A stretch of 64,000 nucleotides of DNA from Marsupella aquatica (Eukaryota; Plantae; Marchantiophyta), in NCBI GenBank assembly GCA_973895155.1, contig OZ316899.1, forward strand, positions 13,209,934 through 13,273,933. The letters are read 5' to 3'. Below, piece by piece: positions 24,240 through 36,315 of this stretch. Position 1 is the first letter of the stretch; every line of letters begins with the position of its first letter. Both the position numbers and the translations under genes were made by a program. The notes beneath the pieces were generated by a model. The model ran no database searches and had not been told where the DNA came from. It saw nothing but the letters and a program-made list of their open reading frames with translations.

Positions 24240-26251
24240 CATAATAGACACCTCTTTAAATACTACCCTAAACTTTGTCGTTCCAACAAGAGACGTATTT
24301 CTCCAACGGTGATTCTCGAAGGTCCAGTTTGACAACATTCTTATAAATCCAATATAGATGTTTGCAAGGCAAGAAGGGTTTGCGGTGGGCATGACAACGA
24401 TAGAAATCTTTGCAAGAACAGCACAAGAAGCAGCAAATCTAAACCCAATAGGCAATGACAGAGTGGTGACCAATGTGTGTTTGGATGCAAAATTGTTTGC
24501 CCCATCCATTTCCTGTCGCAACGTCCCTGGAATAGATTATTTTCATTTCTTCTTTCTCAGCTGCCTCAATCTTCTTATAGTGCGACTTAGTTAGATGCAC
24601 TCTCTATAGGCACGTCCACCAGTTTTGAGATAAACATCAAATTGTTGACTGAAGTAGATTGATCCTTTCTGGGAAAACATTGACATTGATTCAGAGATCT
24701 AGTCCACTTGGTGCATTTCTTACGTACACAATCCCCTTCACCTCCAATCGATATTCCGTTGTCCTTCAGAAACTCTACCTCCGCAGTAGAAAGATTTGTA
24801 GTCAATGCAACGGGCAAGTGATCACAAGGAGGCGAAACATTCATCGCACCTTTTCAAGGACAACTTTTGTAACAAACATTATTCGGACAGAACCAGATCA
24901 GTTTTGGATGTGGTTCCCCTCTAAAAAGTCGCGCTGCTCGAACTGCGATACCAACGACTCCGTTTGACGTCCGGTAGCCTACTTTCTTCAATCAATTTCT
25001 ACATTCATCACGATCTCCATGTCCGCCAAGGGATCCATTGCACATTGGGCCAGCACCATGCTTCAAAGTTCTCCTAATATGCCATTCTGTATTAAATTTA
25101 TTCGCGGTTCAATCAAACTTGAGTCCAGAAGGAACATTGGACTCCAACACGGACGTGGTTACTTCTTCAATAACATGTACTGGGGGCGTGACTAGAGTTG
25201 TAGATGACCTCGTCTCCATCGGAGGAGGAGGTGTCCGCTCTTCAAGACTATTTGAAACATCGCTCTCTGAAATATTGACGACTACACTCTCTTGGGGACC
25301 TGGTTCAGAAGGAATCGTGAAGAATTCCGTTCTATTGAGATTTCTTCGCTTCAAACCTCGAGTGTTTGGGGTTGTAATGAGGATAGTGTCATGCCCGTGG
25401 GAGTCCTGCGTAGAGATGTTTCCAGCAGCATGTCCCTTCCTCTTTATTGACTGCGTATGTACATACCCGTTCAAAGGGGAATTCCTTTCCAAATTGAATT
25501 CAGCCGCATTGGAAAGGAAAAGGTTTGAAGCTTCTTCAAACAACCGCGGGGAACCCGCTAGATCTGCAGAGCGGAAAGCCAGCTCAAACACAGTTGGACC
25601 ATTCCCTCTGTTCAATCCTCTCTTGTAAGCCGTATAGGCTGCAATTTGAGAGATTGCTCTGTTCTGGTCGGTTTCACACCCTTCAAAGACTCCAACCTTC
25701 TTCTTCGTTTGCCAGGCAATCATCGACGCGTGAGACAACTCGGATCCACCACAATTTGGAATCATTGCCGCTTCTTCGGCACTCTTGCTCTGCAGAATTC
25801 ATCTGACAAGGTTAGATATAGGAGTTGAATAGCGTTGGGCGCTAGCCAATGAACACATAGAAATAATAGCAGATGTAATCACTTTGAACCTGTATGAGTA
25901 GCGCCAGGTGCTAACCAACAATTGTTTAGAATACTTACCAATTGAATAAAGTGTCCCCATTGGCGCCATCGGACAACCCACCATGAAATCCAACCTTGCA
26001 ACATTTGTAATTTACCAGGATAACAATTCCCTGCTCTCCACCAAGAATCAATTTCTCTAGAAATACGATATGCCTCGATAAATGACTTTGCATTCCGCAA
26101 CCTATCCCATAGGGCACGATGTTCACCCTGCTTTCCCTCAGGAATGCCTTCAATTGAGTGTCTCCAAAATGACTGGAAGAAGTGAAATGCGTATGATCGC
26201 TCACGTTTGGGATCAAGAAGTCCCCCAAAGAACACATTCCTTACAGCATTC
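24240..26251 (-). pseudogene. Mutator(MULE)-like transposase fragment with C-terminal SWIM zinc finger, truncated by the chromovirus insertion
   Basis: NAVRNVF...RERSYAFHFFQS...WISWWVVRWRQWGHF (26251-25940). IPNCGGSELSHASM...DQNRAISQIAAYTAYKRG.NRGNGP (25765-25570). SWIM-type CSCKDF...PCKHLYWIY read manually at ~24420-24340. Confidence 0.55.
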
Positions 26252-28681
26252 AGTGGTGGACCTTGCCACCCAGCGCCCTCCCCAATCCCAGCACTCGCGC
26301 CTAAGTGCCCTTGGTGTCCGAACGCCTCCACGAAATACCTCGAGCAAGCACCCAAGTGCCTCTTGCACCACTAGCGGCCCCTCCCATAAGAAGCCGCACT
26401 TGCTCACCTACACGACCGCTACTCAACAATCCTCACTATTTGCACAAGCAACCAAGCAACTCGGTAAGTAACCCCTCAGGATCTAGAATTCCCCAAGTCT
26501 AGCATCCTAACTCAAACTCAACAGACGTTGGTAAATAAGTCAGCGATAGGTCCTCCCGACGCCATAAGCCGGAACCAGAACCCACGCCCACTGTTCGTCC
26601 AGAACAGTTCCTTCCTTGGGCACGGCCCGGGTTCCCCCTCGTACCTATCAATCACCAACTGACCGCCTGACCCCAGGACATGCTCATGGCCCAAATAGCG
26701 TAGCTTGTCCCAAAGCTTGTCCTAAGCTTGTCCCAACATGTTGGGACCAGAACGGCCCCCGACTCTAGCAACCGCTCCTGGTTCGCCCCACTGGTGGTCT
26801 AGGGGCCGATCACCCTTGGAACTCAGCCTCCACACCTACTTGGCCTTGCCTCCCCAACGCAAGCTCCCTTGGGAGATTGAATGCGGCTTGGTTGCTGTTC
26901 GGCAGGATTCGGCAAGCGGGCGAGCTAACACCCACAAACCACGAGAACCCACGGCATCCCTAGATCCAGCTGAGCTCAGGAGGATGTAGCCCTTCTCAAG
27001 AGCTTTCCAACGCACCCAAGAAGTCCTCCAACGGACTTCCCATTGGGAAGATATCATCATTTCCGTTTGGCGGTTTCCCTTAGTGTTGCGACCGCCACGG
27101 CTCACGACTTCGGCTCGGCCTTAGGGCAGGGTTCCATGGAGCGAGGAGTAGGTACGGACAAGGAGTAAAGTCTGCTCCCTGGGCCCACCACCGACGCCCC
27201 AATGACAAAGCAAAACACGGGCGCATGGAGGCATCGTCTCCTGCTCCCTACTCCCTACTCCCTACTCCCTGCTCCCAGCCATCGACCGGGAATGGCCCAG
27301 GTTGCGGCCGGTGAAGAAACTCTGTGCAGCAAAAGAAACGGCACTGCATGACTTTGACCACCATAGCTTTTATTGTGTCGCTTGTTGTGAGAGTTCTTTC
27401 ACATTGGGCATCGCTACTTCCTTCCTCTCCTCTCTCTTGTGTAGGTTGCAGGGGATTTTCTTCCCAAGGATGCAGTGAGATGGATTTCAGGTCTGCAAAC
27501 ACGTCTCAGTAATTGCTGGCGACCAGGATCGGAAGAAATACATGCAGGCCGCCTACTGAATACAAACACCTTTTCCTTCTTTGCTGACTGCCAGGCACCG
27601 TCATCTTGGAGGTAAGTTACAGTCAATAACTTCCAAAGTGCGCCCACATTTCCATTTCGCTAGTTTGGTGGAGGGTGTTTGTTCTTTGGAGGCCTTGAAA
27701 GGAACACCGATACCAGTTAGTCCACTGTTTGATCTAAAGTCCAGGTTTACCAAAAAGTCAGATACCACATTGAATGGGGCCCTCTGGAGATTTGTTTTAA
27801 TAGTATCCATGGTCTTCGGCTATGGCAATCAAACAAAACCAATGCTGTGCAAACGGAAAAAGGGGATTACACAATTTGCATATCACTGCTTTGACCGGAG
27901 GTTTTTGTTTTTGGCCTTTATTGGGCGCTTATACTTGTCAACTGTAAAAAGCAGAGCTTCTTGCTTCTTTCTTTCATTTCCCGACCCCTTGCATTTCGAT
28001 TCACTGCTTTTTATTTCCATTTCACTGTTTTCTTTGGATCAGGATCAATGTGGGGTTCACCGCAACTTTTGTCCCTATCTGGCTGTGGTAAAGACACCTT
28101 CAAGTGGAACAGCAGTGAATCGCAGACCTCAGCTGCCACAAACTTTTTCTTTAGATGAGGGTAAATGTGGGGTTTTGTCCCTATCTGGCTGATCAATGTA
28201 GATTGGGGCAATTGGAATAGAGTATGTCTTTTTGTAATGTGAAGCCAGCAATACCTTAATTGCTAGTTCTTTGTAGTGAAGCTGAATAAAGACCTCGTAC
28301 TTCTACAGTGTGAATTGTGTTGAGATGCTTGTCCAGGTCTTTTGTTAGGTGGGCATGCATTGACTTGAGCTCTACAGTATGACTTGTGTTGAGATGCATG
28401 TCCAGGTTTTCATTGCTATTAGATGGGCATGCGTGGACGACTGATTTGGGTGGTGTGGGTTTGATAATTATTTCTATATCTCTGACTTCCATGGACCCTA
28501 AATTTCTTTACTTAATGAGGAATTCTCTTTCGTGAATGGGGGTAGTGTGATTGGAGTGGACATGTGTCTAGCTAAAGTCATCCATTAATCCGTTAAATTT
28601 TTGTGATTGGCAGGTACAAGCAAATATATGGCTCATCAATGACCACCTCCCGAGTAGCTGGATTGGTCTGTTCTTATAGTT

Positions 28682-30157
28682 ATGTTCATCATGGAAGGGA
28701 GCACGAGTGGAACTTCAATGGAAATAGATATTCTTGACTTGAATGTGACCCCTCCAACCCAAGAGCCACCTATTCAGTTACCTGATGGAAACGTACCTTT
28801 AACATATGTCGACCGCAATGTTCGTCCATATCCTAGAAGAGATGTCTCTCATCTACTAGTTAGAGTATTAGCTTCTTTGATGGCAGCACTTGCCACTGTC
28901 ACACAGGCTTTGTTGCCTATGTTTGATGCCTCGAACCTCTTGCTGTCAGGGTCTGTTAATAGCAATGCAGTAGCACATGCTTGTATGGTTAGAACAGGAC
29001 TTGTTAGACACTTAATGCCAACATATTTGCACCTGATTGGTTTAGTCTATGTGCGGCCACGTGAGATGCTAGATCAATGGTACATCAAACCACGAACTAG
29101 ACACCGGTTAATGTTGTGGATTGACGACACACCCTAGGAGGATCCACAACGTTTCCGAGAGTTCTTTCGCATTGGGCCTCAATTGTTTTTCTATATTTAT
29201 GAACTTGTGCATGATGATATGGTGACGGATCCACCCGAGTCTTTGAGAATCTTGCCTAATCGCCAATTACTAGTGATTAGGCAAGTTGCACTTGCATTGA
29301 GGCGTTTGGCAGTCGGAGATACCTTTCTAACTATGGGTGAACTATTTGGTGTTTCAAAGAGCTCTGCAGTGAAGGTGACCTGGAAATTCATTTGCTCTTT
29401 GAGAAGACAGGCTGGGCATGCCATTAAGTGGCCAGATGATGCAGGCCTTACTGAGGTGAAAGTTGGATTTGAGGAGAGATGGGGTTTTCCAAACTGTTGC
29501 GGAGCAATTGATGGGACTCGCATTCCCATTGAGTTGCCTGCAGGTGAAGACTCAACATAGTACTATGATTGGAAGCATAAACTTTCTGTCACTATGCAAG
29601 CCATTTGTGACCACAAATTGCGCTTCATGGATGTCTATTGTGGTCTGCCTGGTAGCATCCAAGATACAAGGTTGATGTGACTATCATGATTTTATACTCA
29701 AGTGACACAGTCTCAGACCCGGCTAAATGGTCCTCAATTTTGTTGTAGCAATGGCAGCATGGTCCAAGAGTATATTATTGGAGATGCAGGCTATCCATTG
29801 CTCCCTTGGCTTATTGTTCCCTTTCCAAAAGGTATGACAGAGAGAACTGATGACTTCAACTACATGCACTCAAGTACAAGAATGTGTGTCGAACGTTCTT
29901 TTGGAAGGCTAAAAGGGACTTGGAGAATACTCAGCAAGGCATTGTGGAAACCCAGAATTGATAGAGTTGGAGCAAGGATTTATGCATGTTGTATTTTGCA
30001 TAATTTGATCATTGATAGAAATGACGGTTTGCCAAATGTGGTGTGGCAACATTGTCCACTGCATCCAGCAGGGTATGCTGGAGTTCTACGTCCCAATTTA
30101 CAAATGTACAGAGGAGGACCAGAAGCTAGAGATGCTTTGTTAAATCATGTATTGTAG
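28682..30157 (+). pseudogene. PIF/Harbinger DDE transposase (HARBI1-like), premature stops
   Basis: GFPNCCGAIDGTRIPI, QAICDHKLRFMDVYCGLPGS, YIIGDAGYPLLPWL, FNYMHSSTRMCVERSFGRLKGTWRIL. Confidence 0.93.
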
Positions 30158-30785
30158 TAGTAGTGAATGCCATGGTTGTTAATGAGAAGACAACACTTTC
30201 CCTTGTAAGAGACCAGCATAAATTAAATTTTGTAATCAGAACTTGAGTTGCCAAGAATGTGACTATTTGGTACATAATGCAGTCCACTTTGTTTGCTTTG
30301 TTGTATAATGTTTCATGAGCAAAAGTAGTTACCAATATCAAACTCACAATGCATTGAGTAATTTCAATGAGAGATATAATATTTACAGGGCTCATAGTCT
30401 TAACTCGGACCTTTCAGGATTAGGTTCCATTGTCAAAGCAGTGACTGTGATGAATTTTAAAAAAGTGTAGATTCAAAGTAGTAGTGTAACTCAACTTGAA
30501 CTCAAAGAGTGTCAAGGATGTGCAAATGTACTCATTTCAACTAAGTAAGATGAATTGAAAATGTTGACTATGGATTGAATTGCTCTATCTGGCTACTGTA
30601 TCTCAAATCCAAAATGGCTGTACTCAATTTCTCCCATCTCTGAGTCCGTTTGCCAGATAGCGGATAGAATCGCCAATAAAAGCAAGGGCGTTTGCTACAT
30701 CTCTTCCTGCATCCCTTGTTGATGACATTGCCTCTCGTTGTTGAGACAGAGAGTCTACATGTTTTTTCTCTTCAAAACTCAAATG

Positions 30786-31727
30786 CTATTGGTGCTCCTC
30801 TTTGCGGGCAAGACGGTCTTCTGCAATTGCACCTATAAAGTTCTGAGTTACCTTATTTAACTCACTTGTTGTCCTCTCTCCATGTGTCCTCTTCCATCCC
30901 CTTGTTGTCCGTTCAGAAGATCCATCCGCTCCTTGTGCAGTCACTGAAGTAGGACTTGGTTGGTGTAAGTTATTGGCAGCACCAAAGCCAGACCCCTGCC
31001 TTGGTGCTCCATTCACACCCTGTCCTACTCCTCCATTAACACTTGCAGGATTGGGATCAGAGCCATCGTTTGCTTGTCCAGAGGGAGTTCCCTGCCTGGT
31101 TGCTCCTCCACTCACACCACCAGAACTAACATTGTCATCATTAGCTTGATTTGTATGGACTGTGTTATCGCTGTGAAAAGCCTCAGTTCTAGGGTCTGCA
31201 CCATGAAAATCTCCCAATTCTTCTAAATCAATGCTGGTAGTTGAGATGAATACAGTGGGAGGGGTCCTGCTTGCTTGCTCAGCTTCCCTGATCTCCTCCT
31301 CAAGGCCACTGTCCACAAACTGAGCAGGATCAGGATTGACTGCCCGGTTAGAAGGCATGAAGACCACCATTTCTTGGAAAAGTTCCTCTTGAAACGTTGG
31401 GGGCAAACTCCTATCCTTTTTCTCTGTTCTGGACATCTCAAAATATCCATTTGTGCCATTGGGAGTGTGCTTTTGATGATCAAATACCTTCTTGAAGTCA
31501 GTTAACATCTTCTCCCATCTCTTCTTGCATTGCTTCCAATCCCTGTTGATATTATTGGTCCTACAGATGGATTCGACTTCTTTCCATCTCTGTTCAGCAG
31601 TCCTTATTCTCTCCCGGGATGAATCCAAGCTTGCTTGATCTTGTAGGAATTTCTTGGCAGAAATGAGAGCATGAAGCTCTCTAATGTCCCATTTAGAACT
31701 AGGAGTAGGTGCTTGTGCTTCTGTCAT
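30786..31727 (-). CDS. Harbinger Myb/SANT-like (trihelix) DNA-binding protein; probably extends to ~30620 past a stop
   Basis: KWDIRELHALI...RWKEVESIC...RDWKQCKKRWEKMLTDFKK tryptophan spacing; lies inside the TIRs, convergent with the transposase. Confidence 0.85.
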   Translation of the reverse strand: MTEAQAPTPSSKWDIRELHALISAKKFLQDQASLDSSRERIRTAEQRWKEVESICRTNNINRDWKQCKKRWEKMLTDFKKVFDHQKHTPNGTNGYFEMSRTEKKDRSLPPTFQEELFQEMVVFMPSNRAVNPDPAQFVDSGLEEEIREAEQASRTPPTVFISTTSIDLEELGDFHGADPRTEAFHSDNTVHTNQANDDNVSSGGVSGGATRQGTPSGQANDGSDPNPASVNGGVGQGVNGAPRQGSGFGAANNLHQPSPTSVTAQGADGSSERTTRGWKRTHGERTTSELNKVTQNFIGAIAEDRLARKEEHQ

Positions 31728-32228
31728 CGATCTGCATCATCACAAAACAAAAAATTATTGAGTAAAATGCCTTGAGTACACAAACCTATACAATATTGAG
31801 CACTTATTTTTGCAAAAGAGTCTCGAGTGCTACTTTGAGTTCACAAATTAAGTACTATTCCTCTAGTTCACTTTCTTTGCTGCATGTAACTACTCAATCC
31901 CTATTGACTGTGTGTGACATCACATCCAATTTTGTCCTCACTCTAAAGAAGAACCATCGTACATTCTCAATTGAAGGGATAATCAACACAGACATCAAGA
32001 CAATTCCCTTTTGGGTTGACATCATATGATCACATCCAAGTTTGTCCTCACCCAAAGACGAAGTCATCCTAAGAGTCTAATAATTAAAGGGAACAAACAG
32101 AGACATGAAGACTGTTTCCTTTTGGATCAATGCGCCAGTGTAGTGCCTGCCAGGCTTTTTAGAGGAATCTTAAAATTAATTTATAGCTATAACAGTGAAA
32201 TCTTCTTTTCAGCAACAAAAGTTACTGC

Positions 32229-32600
32229 AAACTTGAGATAGGTATAATGACAAGCAGAAGGAAAGCGCAACTGAATGAGGTAATAAATCAAGATTCTAAT
32301 GAAATCAGGAGCAACAAGTCTTACTACAAACTTGAGACAAGTATAATGACGAGCAGAAGGAAATTGCAACTGAATGAGATAATAAATCAAGATTCTAATA
32401 AAATCAGGAGCAACAAAAGTCTTAGTGCATACAGGTTTAATGACAAGCAAAAGGAAAGCGCACTGAATTGAGGTATTAAATCAAGATTCTAATGAAATCA
32501 GGTAGTAGATTCTACTATAGAAGCTATCGGACAGACGCAACTGAGTGAGATAATAAATCAAAATCAGGCAGTAGATTCTACTATAGAAGCTATCAGATAA
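32229..32600. repeat. Degenerate tandem repeats (~100-bp unit x~3, then a shorter unit x2) upstream of the Myb ORF
   Basis: Recurrent AATGACAAGCA...GGAAAGCGCA...AAATCAAGATTCTAATGAAATCAGG, and GTAGATTCTACTATAGAAGCTATC twice. Confidence 0.75.
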
Positions 32601-34225
32601 CTTGCGCATCATCAGATCCCTAGTAAACAATAGGAAGAAATACAGCAACAGTTTGGCAGCGGGCACTGAAATTATGTTCTCTGTGTGAAGGCATGAAAAT
32701 TTTAAAGCACAAAACTACTAGCGCAAAACAGAGCGCATAACCAAAGGACAAAAGTGCGGCCAAATTTTGTGTACGCTCTCACTTGCTTGCTTTGCAAACA
32801 ACGGCAAGCAGCAAGTTATGGTGGCAACAATGCAATTTTTTCCCCGCCCCGCTTCCCGCATCGATCAATCAGCATCCTGAACTCATGGCCGGGCTCATAG
32901 CTCAAGTCAAACTACTATGTTTGCAAGTCGCTCAGCCAGTTGCCGACCGGCTGTAACAGGTGATATCAGGGCAGGAACCGACCACGCTGGTAACAAGGAG
33001 CGCAAAACAAGGGGCGTGAGGGGAACCCGCACTCCCTACTCCTTGCATTTGTTGAGGGAGTGCCCCTCGCCCGTAGTCACCTCTCATTGGCTGTGGCAAA
33101 CTCGAAAATCTCTGTCCGTACTCCTCGTCCGTACCTACTCCTCACTCCATGGAACCCTACCCTTAGCCCCTAGGGAGACACCACTCCCCTCATATATGCT
33201 TCTAGAGACCTGCCACCCCCGGACCAGCTTTGGTCCCTAAACATTTGGCCCCCAACCCGGATCCCATCGCGCATAATGGGCGCGCCACCAACTGGCAACG
33301 CCCATAACTTTCTTGATAGGCATCCGCAAGCGGAGTGCCTTAGCCCGTTGTGACCGGGCCGACCCAGTGCTCATGCCTAGGCCCTCAAGTCTGATTTCTG
33401 CTTGGGGCCCCTGACCGCCCCAACCCGGATCGGGCCACAACTTCCGCCCCAAGCGTCCGTTGCCAATGGCGTCAACTCCATTGGCTTTGGGCCCAAGAGG
33501 AGCTCGCTCCCAAGCCCTCAGAACTCAAAGTCCATCCAAAGGTCCGGACGACCATCCTTGAGCCCGGCCCATTTCCCCTTGACCCGACCAGCCATAGGCT
33601 AGTCCAAGTCCTTAGTGTGTGTTCCCAGCTTGGCCCCTTGCCTCGCCAGTGCCACGTCTCATTGCCCACAAGTCTCCCCATGCTAAGTCCTCCCCGGATG
33701 GCCTATCCGGGCCTGGACCATAAGGGAGCTCGGCGTCGGAGTCAGCGATGCCGGAGCTAAGTGTTAAGGTAGTCAAGTTCCGCGACTTGCACCCCCCCTT
33801 AAAAATGGTCACATACGCGTGACCTCAGTAAATGCTCCAACACGCCTAGACCACTTTGGGCCTTAAAAATTTTATGAGGTAACAAATGGTTTGCCCATAA
33901 GGTTGATGCAAACCAGGTTGGTATGCGCATTCCAAACTTAGGAAATTCCAACCTATCCCACTTATCCAAGTAGGATGCCAGTCCAAACGGGTAAGCTAAC
34001 TCCAAACTTGTCGGACTCATTGTCCTTCCCTTGGGGCGCTCCCCTTTGGTTAGAACTAGCCCGCCCACAGATGTAGGGCGGGCACCATCAACTTCCACTC
34101 GCAAAAAGCAAATCGGCCGCCCAACAACCTCTACCACCAACGCAATCCGACTTTATCCTTAAGAGGCCGAGAGGAGTAAAACCAGGATACAACTCACAAA
34201 GGTAGCTACAACTGCCTGTACCAGT

Positions 34226-35971
34226 TCACAATGGCGGTAGGCCGCTTCGCTTACAATAGCTTCCAAGGATCTCTGAGGCATTACCCAAATTTTTCTCCAG
34301 TTCCCAAGTACTCTCGGCCTGATCATAGCCAGCCCACTTCACCAAATACTCTAAGATTTTCCTTCCCAACTTGCGTTTGTAATGGTGGTCCAAAATTGCC
34401 TCCACCTCAAACTCCTGAGCGTCCTTTACCAGCATGGCGTCCGGACGCAAGACCTGATCCCAGTTGGGATCATTGTCTTTGACAAACTTCTTGAGCTGGC
34501 TAACATGGTAGCTTTTGCCCATGCCCATTTCCTTGGGTGTCTCCAACACCACCGAAACCGGATTATCCTTGTGGGCCCATCGTATAATGCGATAGGGCCC
34601 TGCATATCTGGGAGCCAGCTTCCTACTTATGTTTCCGTGGTATTGCTCAGGTCTCAACTGCAACCAGACGCTCTCCCCAATTTCAAAGCTTACCTAGCGT
34701 CGATGTTTATCCCCTTGCTCCTTGTACCGACTTTGGGCAAGGGTCATACCCTTGGTAGCCGCTTCCACAACTAGGTGTCGCTCTCAAATAAAATTGTCCA
34801 CAGAAGGAACCTTGCTTTTCGTCCGCCAAGCTTCCGGATTTATAAACCAGGAGGGCGCCCTTGGCGTCCTCCCTGTGGCCAACACAAACTGCGCAAACCC
34901 CGTCTTCGAATGCTTGGTCGAGTTATATCTACACTCGGCCATTGTTAAATGCTTTGCCCAATCCTTTTGATTGGCCATCACAAAGTGATGCAAGTAGTCC
35001 TCCACGATACCATTAACCCGTTCCATTTGGCCATCTGTCTCGTGATGATACGCTGATCCCCTAGTCAGGTCTGTTCCGAATAACCGAAACAACGCCTTCC
35101 AAAAATGGCCCATGAACTTGGTATCGCGATTGGACAGGATATGCAACGACAATCCCCATTGTCGGAAGACATTGTCAAATACTAGACCGGCAATCTCTCG
35201 GGCCGAAACCATCTTCGTAGTAGGCAAGAAATACGCCATCTTGGAAAAACGATCCACGATTGTTAAGATGGAGTTACTGCCATGGGACTTAGGTAACCCA
35301 ACAATGAAGTCCATGGAGATAGACTCCCATGGAGCCGCAGCTACTGGTAAGGGTTGTAGTAGTCCTCCTTTTGCCCTATAGACCGTTTGATTCTTTTGGC
35401 ACGAGTAACAACTTTGCACGTGTTGAAGGACCGATTGTTTCATGTCCGGCCAATACACATCTCGCGACATGCTGCGATACATAGCGGCTTGTCCTCCATG
35501 CCCTCCCAGGGCGAGTTGTGGTACTTTTGCAAAACCTCTAACCTTAGAGACTCCGGTATGTACACACGCCTCTGCTTGTATTGCCATAACTGGACATTAT
35601 GCGTCTTATCCAACCCCAACGATACGTGCCTTACCTTGCCTTGGCTACCCCCATTGCTTTGCCATTCCTTAACTAACCTGTCATCCCCATACGCTGCCTT
35701 TGGCCACTCGGATTTGAGCATTGTGATCCCATTGACACGATGTTGGTCCTTACGTGATAATGCGTCCGCTGCCATATTTGTCTTCCCTGGAACGTGGCGG
35801 ACTTCAAAATCAAAATCCGCCAAGAACATCTGCCAGCACATTTCCTTGGGGTTGAGCCTTGGCTTAGAACTGAAGTACCCGGCCGACAAGCTATTTGTGT
35901 GGATTACCACTTTGGGACCATTTTTAAGGTAAATCTCCCACTTCTTCAACGCATAGATCACAACATACATT
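34226..35971 (-). pseudogene. pol: Chromovirus pol 3' part: RNase H end, integrase, GPY/F motif and chromodomain
   Basis: HVPGKTNMAADALSR; PWESISMDFIVGLP; HETDGQMERVN; KLAPRYAGPY; EFEVEAILDH...EYLVKWAGYDQAESTWE. Confidence 0.93.
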
Positions 35972-36315
35972 TGTTAGATATTGCTCTAGTCTTGTAACTC
36001 ATGAGCTAACTACAGTTAGGCTAACTTGGGTTAGGACATAGCTAATGTTAGCGGTAGTGCTATTGTGTATATAGCCAGGGCTGATGCCAGACCCTGGTGG
36101 AACTTAGGCTCATTGTTACGGAGCTAGTTGAGAGATAGGGAGAGCTTGTGCTGTGGATGCTTGGTATGGCCGGTCGGCCTAGAGTGCAGTAAAGCTCTTG
36201 TGTGTTCCCGTGGACGTAGCCTCATGTGGAGGTGAACCACGTATCTCTCTATGTTGACTATTGTGTGTTGGATGGTTCATGGGCTTGCCGTTGCAAATGT
36301 CATCTATGCTCAACA
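35972..36315 (+). repeat. copia 5' LTR
   Basis: TGTTAGATATT...GCTCAACA, repeated at 42419-42756. Confidence 0.95.

Larger units (their letters stand above)
27124..33162. mobile_element. PIF/Harbinger DNA transposon, complete, 44-bp TIRs, TTA TSD
   Basis: TTA-GGGCAGGGTTCCATGGAGCGAGGAGTAGGTACGGACAAGGAGTA ... TACTCCTCGTCCGTACCTACTCCTCACTCCATGGAACCCTACCC-TTA (41/44 match); convergent transposase and Myb-like ORFs. Confidence 0.95.
26252..33787 (-). repeat. Chromovirus 3' LTR (~1.49 kb once the Harbinger insertion is removed)
   Basis: Starts AGTCGCGGAAC after the PPT AAGGGGGGGTGCA and ends GGTCCACCACT. The two ends match the copies at 46291-46511 and 60790-61361. Confidence 0.85.

Noticed and set aside
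32229-32600. CRISPR-like repeat array
   Set aside because: Degenerate tandem units without unique spacers, in a eukaryotic TE context with no cas genes.
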